DNA from: a virus
DNA length: 64,000 bases
Virus record (IMG/VR): IMGVR_UViG_3300011115_000708
Span: 1 to 64,000 of that record
Strand: one strand, 5' to 3'
This document shows positions 59,665 through 64,000 of this stretch, piece by piece. The notes below the pieces were generated by a model. The model did not search any database, was not told where the DNA came from, and saw only the letters and a program-made list of their open reading frames with translations. How positions within the stretch are numbered: the first letter of the stretch is position 1; every line of letters starts with the position of its first letter. The position numbers and the translations under genes were made by a program.

Positions 59665-59897
59665 TATTGATCGAGACCGGCGATGATCGAGTTTGCGATT
59701 TCGTTCTCAAGCGCATCAGTCAGTGCCTTGGTATCCAACTGACCGAATAGTTGTGGGATCTTCTCAACCACTGACTCAACCTCCTTGTAGAACGCACCAA
59801 CCGTCATCCGCTCGCTCTTGTCGAGCAAGTCGGCAATGATTGAATCGATTGGATTCAACCATGCACTTGCCACATCGAGTATCTCTTGGTCATTCAT
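59664..59897 (-). CDS. Small helical protein resembling the C-terminus of Mu-type portals
   Basis: WLNPI...LL......F...V...IPQLF.QLD..AL..AL.....A.L. Confidence 0.5.
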   Translation of the reverse strand: MNDQEILDVASAWLNPIDSIIADLLDKSERMTVGAFYKEVESVVEKIPQLFGQLDTKALTDALENEIANSIIAGLDQ

Positions 59898-61575
59898 TGC
59901 GTTGAGCATTTAGGATCTTCTTCGCCCATGCGAATCCTTCATCACCACCCCATCCGTTCCATGCTTGCCATCCTTTGCCCTTCTCGTCCCATGTCGATCC
60001 CTGCTTATCCACTTCGTGACGAGCGAAGAACGATAGCATCCGCTTGACCGTGTCGGTAGATAGCTCGACGCGGTTGGAGATGTCCCTTGCGCGAGCGAGA
60101 CCAACGCCGGTCATACCACGCTCACTCATCGGCTTGATCCTGCGGATCTCAAGTGCCTTGCGGGCGTTCTCAGCCATTGCCTCAGTTGGTTGAAAGCCTG
60201 TGGCAGCACTCTCAACTTGCATTGTCAATGGGTCGATGCCTGGATCTGATGGTGGCAGATCAAGTGGAACTCCAAGATCCGTTGGAGATGGCATCGGTGA
60301 TGCAACTGGTGGAATATCTCCTGTGAACAATGGTTCGCCTGGGATCGGCTCGGGAATACCTAGTTCCTCGTAGACATACTTCAATGTCATCGGCACACCG
60401 ATCTCCTTGTAGATCTTCATCCGTTCTGCGATCGCCTTTTGATCCTTCGCGTGTGGGATCTCCAAGCAGCAGTACGGCATATCCTCGGCAGATACTTCGC
60501 CAAAGTTCATGCGGACAATCGCTGGGATCAACTGGCTGTTGATGATCGATGCAACCCACTCGGATACCATCTTCAAGACATCTGCGCGAATGCCAGCGTG
60601 GACATCACCCAATGCTCTAGATCCTGTATTCGTATTGTCAGTCGTGAGCGTTTGGCCGAGGAGCAAGATGTCGCAAGCCTTGTCAGCAACATCCATCAAG
60701 TGCGACTGCGGCAAGTTCGATGCGTCTCCATTGGCTGCTGAGTGGATCTCGTACTCCACTCCTGGCCCAAACGCTGCCCAACCGCTTGAGCCGATCGACT
60801 CCAGCATCTCCTGTGCCTTGTTGAGTGCGTCCTCAGTGCCGTCGGTCTTCGCGGTACGCGTTGGAATACCGAACAACTGAGCATACTGCATCAACCATCC
60901 GAGACCATAGACTGCTCCGAGCCAATGCTTCGTGAGCGTCCGTAAGTTTGCAGCATGGATCGGGTGTGTGCCACCTTGACTCCAGACACCGATCAAGAAG
61001 CGATCAAGTGGAAAGTCCTCAAGCGTTGAGTAGTTGACACCGAGTGGAGCGATCATCAGACGATCGATCTCCATGTTCATCGATGGGTAGGCCAAGTATT
61101 TCGCTGGAACCGGCGCATAGCATCGAGGTGACACAATCCCATTCTCGATCTTCCAGATGATCTCAAGCACCGAGATGCCCTTGGCATATGCGTCGATCAG
61201 TGCCTTGACCATGCCCGAGTTGTCGAGTTCCCAGTATCCTGGGCGCGGCGCGAATGACTCCATCGCACGTTCGACTGTCTCGTAGATCAAGAGTGCTTGT
61301 GGAGTTGCCTCCTCCATGCCTTCGCGGATGCCTGGCTTGATCTCGATCTCAAGTCGTGCAACAGCACCGGAAATCTCATTGAGTGCCTTGCGAAGTCTAG
61401 GCCAAGTATCTAGCATCAAGCGGAATAGACGGTCTTGGTCTTCCAGTTTGCCTGTGCGAACATTACGCAGAATTGCGCGGATCTGATCTGGCGTTACGTT
61501 CGCCAAATCATAGTCGTTTGTCCTATAGTTTACTGGAATAGGCCAAACTACACCCTTACGCTCATCCTTGGTCAT
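59890..61575 (-). CDS. Portal protein (Mu gp29/DUF935-like) with extra C-terminal domain
   Basis: DAYAKGISVLEI.W, YAQLFGIP, LLGQTLTT, GSRALGDVH, INSQLI. Confidence 0.9.
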   Translation of the reverse strand: MTKDERKGVVWPIPVNYRTNDYDLANVTPDQIRAILRNVRTGKLEDQDRLFRLMLDTWPRLRKALNEISGAVARLEIEIKPGIREGMEEATPQALLIYETVERAMESFAPRPGYWELDNSGMVKALIDAYAKGISVLEIIWKIENGIVSPRCYAPVPAKYLAYPSMNMEIDRLMIAPLGVNYSTLEDFPLDRFLIGVWSQGGTHPIHAANLRTLTKHWLGAVYGLGWLMQYAQLFGIPTRTAKTDGTEDALNKAQEMLESIGSSGWAAFGPGVEYEIHSAANGDASNLPQSHLMDVADKACDILLLGQTLTTDNTNTGSRALGDVHAGIRADVLKMVSEWVASIINSQLIPAIVRMNFGEVSAEDMPYCCLEIPHAKDQKAIAERMKIYKEIGVPMTLKYVYEELGIPEPIPGEPLFTGDIPPVASPMPSPTDLGVPLDLPPSDPGIDPLTMQVESAATGFQPTEAMAENARKALEIRRIKPMSERGMTGVGLARARDISNRVELSTDTVKRMLSFFARHEVDKQGSTWDEKGKGWQAWNGWGGDEGFAWAKKILNAQRNE

Positions 61576-61620
61576 TGGAACGCTTTACACTAATTGATTG
61601 AAGTTGTCACGCATAACGCT

Positions 61621-62985
61621 TCAGAACTTGTTGAACCCACCGACGATCGGTGCTGTGAACGGAGTGCGACCAACCCTAGTGATAGCTTGGCCGGTGATAG
61701 CTCCGTTCATCTCTGGGCCACAGACGATGCACCCGAGAAGTGCGTCAGCACGGTCGGGTGACTTGAGTCCCATGATGCGCATCGTCTCCTTCGCTTGTAC
61801 ACGCAACTTGCCATTCTCACTCCACTCGGTCTTCCGCGTGGTCAACTGGTTGAATGTGATCGGATCAAGGTTGCCGAGGTTCACTCGTCCTCGCTCGATC
61901 TCACGACATCCAACGTGCCAGACCTCACCAATCAAGTTCGCGTACTCGTTCGGTTCACGACTTCTCGATCCTCCATGAAACCGATTGATCCTCCACCCTT
62001 GCTCTGCCATCGCATCTATCATCACTGAGCCGAGACCATCGGCATCACCCCAGATCATCGATGGTTTCAGTTGTTCCTTCTCGAATAGCTTGATGAACTG
62101 ACGAACGCCCTGCATCGTGTCTTTCTCGACCCATGTGCGCGAGATCCGAGCCGAGTTACCTCTTCGGACTGCAAGCACGTTCTCGTCTCGACCGGCAGCG
62201 AAGTCACAGAACGCAACGATGTGACCATCGAGCGGTTCGGGTTGCTCGTCGATCGCCTTGAGAAGCCTATCACTTGATATCAGAAGTCGGTCGATGTCCT
62301 CCGCAAACTCAGCTAAGTGCATCGACCTGTAGATCGGATGGTTCTCACCATAGATCGACAAGTCTCGATCACGTTTCTCCTGCGGAATGTGAGCGCACTG
62401 GTCAGACCGAACCTTCACCCGCTTCCAGTGCGATGCTTCTTCAAACTGCGACCTATAGAACCAACCAACTGGTGCGCCTGGACTCGATGTCGCTAGGATG
62501 CGCGAGCAAGTACAGCGATCGACCGCGGTCTTGATGCTGTCTGGGATTGTCTTCGCCTCGTCAAGAACGTACAGCACCGGCGAGTCGGCAGTTGCGTGGT
62601 AGCCTTCCGCTCGTCCCGCGTTATCAGTCGAGAACCCGCTTGCCCATCCACCTTGCGGAGTCTTGATCTCGGCTTGGTTCCAGATCCACCCGTCGAACAT
62701 CGGGTTGCCTCGGTACAATTCCATCGCGGGCCAAAGTTGCAGCAATACCTGCCTCCACGACCCAGACGTGATGACAACCCTCCCTTTCGGGTAGTTCGCA
62801 AGGAACCACAAGATCGTCGGTGCAATGATCGCCGCAGTCTTCCCCGATCCGTTCGCAGCAACCACAGATGTCCGAACGTCGTCGTTGATATAACGGAACG
62901 CTTGCATCTGCCAATCGTATGGCTTTAGACCGAGTACGCCAAACGCGAATGGGCCTAGCTCAATAGTCGGTTTCGGTAGTTGCAT
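61621..62985 (-). CDS. terL: Terminase large subunit (module B)
   Basis: PYDWQ, AANGSGKT, VLDEAK, CDFAAGRD, KSPDRADA. Confidence 0.92.
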   Translation of the reverse strand: MQLPKPTIELGPFAFGVLGLKPYDWQMQAFRYINDDVRTSVVAANGSGKTAAIIAPTILWFLANYPKGRVVITSGSWRQVLLQLWPAMELYRGNPMFDGWIWNQAEIKTPQGGWASGFSTDNAGRAEGYHATADSPVLYVLDEAKTIPDSIKTAVDRCTCSRILATSSPGAPVGWFYRSQFEEASHWKRVKVRSDQCAHIPQEKRDRDLSIYGENHPIYRSMHLAEFAEDIDRLLISSDRLLKAIDEQPEPLDGHIVAFCDFAAGRDENVLAVRRGNSARISRTWVEKDTMQGVRQFIKLFEKEQLKPSMIWGDADGLGSVMIDAMAEQGWRINRFHGGSRSREPNEYANLIGEVWHVGCREIERGRVNLGNLDPITFNQLTTRKTEWSENGKLRVQAKETMRIMGLKSPDRADALLGCIVCGPEMNGAITGQAITRVGRTPFTAPIVGGFNKF

Positions 62986-63451
62986 CCCAACGCTTTCTGA
63001 AGTCTTCCAACTGCTTGTTCTCGATCTGGACGTTCTCCATCGACGACGTGTTCACGTTCACCATGATGTCTGGGTTCTTGCCAACCTCAGACCAACGCGC
63101 ACGACACTTCATCCAGAAGATACACGCTGGCAATGCCGTGCGCTTGTCGTCTCCCATCGCAATGTCGTAAAGTCGTTGTGCAACCGAGGTCGTCGCCTTC
63201 GTCTGTCCCAGAAGGAACTCTTCCTTGTAGTGACGCTCGATCGTGTTGTCGTCGATGCCGATCTGCGCTGCCATCATCCGCAGTGGGATGCCGAGACCTG
63301 CCATCTTCTCGACCAACGCACTGTTGATCTCGGTCTTGACGTGCGGCTTGAACTTACCGTCTGGAAGTCGTTCAATCTTCTTCCCATCAACCTCGGTAGC
63401 TTCTACCTCGATGATGTGTGGCTCTGGATCTAGCTTTTTTCTCTTACTCAT
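62960..63451 (-). CDS. terS: Terminase small subunit (module B)
   Basis: VEKMAGLG...MAAQIGIDD.TI..HY.EE...G, ACIFWMKCRARW. Confidence 0.75.
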   Translation of the reverse strand: MSKRKKLDPEPHIIEVEATEVDGKKIERLPDGKFKPHVKTEINSALVEKMAGLGIPLRMMAAQIGIDDNTIERHYKEEFLLGQTKATTSVAQRLYDIAMGDDKRTALPACIFWMKCRARWSEVGKNPDIMVNVNTSSMENVQIENKQLEDFRKRWDATTETDY

Positions 63452-63454
63452 AGA

Positions 63455-64000
63455 TTACCTTCCCATCTTGCTACGCAGAAAGTCAAGCGACACCGATCCG
63501 TCGGCGTTCAAGACCTGCTGACCAAACCGATCAACGAGACGCTGACGTGCCTTGATCGCAATGTCGTCTGGTACGTCCTTCATCTCTGCCTTGACTCCGC
63601 TCATCATCGCTTGCGCTGGCTTTACCCCGAACATCGATACGTTCGGTGGGTTGATCCGCTGACCATCTACAATCACACCAAGACGGATTGCCTCGCGTCT
63701 TGAGATAAATTCTTGCACCATGTACGAGTTGAACCCATACGGCCCCCAAGGGACAACGAACCCACCAATATCAGCACCATTCTGGAATAACCAGAAGTTG
63801 AAGTCGTCCAACCGACGAACCTCACCCTCAGCCGCAACGTGCCTCGGACGCTTGATGATCGCACCTGGCCGCCGAACGAACCGAGCCGCAGGGAAAGCAT
63901 TGAGCAGCGTAGGGTCTCCCACGATCCTCTGCCAGTTAGCGAACGTCTGCGCTTGCTCGATGTTCGTGTTGAAGATTAGCTTGAGCCGTGATGCACCGGC
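63455..64000 (-). CDS. Mu gpF-like head morphogenesis protein (5' beyond window)
   Basis: Frame open to the window edge: SRLKLIFNTN, RPRH, PWGPYGFNS. Confidence 0.7.
   Translation of the reverse strand, partial: AGASRLKLIFNTNIEQAQTFANWQRIVGDPTLLNAFPAARFVRRPGAIIKRPRHVAAEGEVRRLDDFNFWLFQNGADIGGFVVPWGPYGFNSYMVQEFISRREAIRLGVIVDGQRINPPNVSMFGVKPAQAMMSGVKAEMKDVPDDIAIKARQRLVDRFGQQVLNADGSVSLDFLRSKMGR

Noticed and set aside
1-64000. Integrated prophages with att sites or host flanks
   Set aside because: No integrase, transposase or bacterial housekeeping genes in the window.
1-64000. Alternative genetic code
   Set aside because: Core genes are full length and tightly packed under the standard code, using all three stop codons.

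Overview
The whole 64 kb is tailed-phage DNA, but it appears to hold two different phage genomes facing each other. Module A (~1-38.5 kb, mostly + strand) is podovirus-like. It has a GC-rich, leftward-transcribed early region (MoxR/CobS-type AAA ATPase plus a VWA-like partner), a TerS, and a hairpin/repeat-rich non-coding block (probable terminus or origin). These are followed by tail fibres, TerL, portal, scaffold, capsid, tail-tubular and ejection proteins, a holin plus M15 endolysin, and a Sak4/SSB/DEAD-helicase/Cas4-like/primase-helicase replication block. Module B (~40-64 kb) has a C5 methyltransferase encoded in two overlapping frames, VRR-NUC and SNF2. It then has a complete minus-strand siphovirus-like virion module with a Mu-type head (gpF, TerS, TerL, DUF935 portal, I-protease, capsid, tail tube, tape measure, fibre) and its own holin plus CHAP endolysin. 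Oligonucleotide usage separates the two. By eye, CCGG is absent from ~4.4-38.5 kb but common after ~40.8 kb and inside the AAA/VWA cassette. Module A is rich in a CAGAC(AG) motif that also sits in its promoters. The junction lies in a mosaic of small genes (~38.2-40.3 kb) that contains a 76-nt tRNA-like cloverleaf. I cannot tell from sequence alone whether the join is a real recombinant or an assembly chimera. No integrase, transposase, CRISPR array or reverse transcriptase was seen. All family calls are from motif recognition, not database searches.
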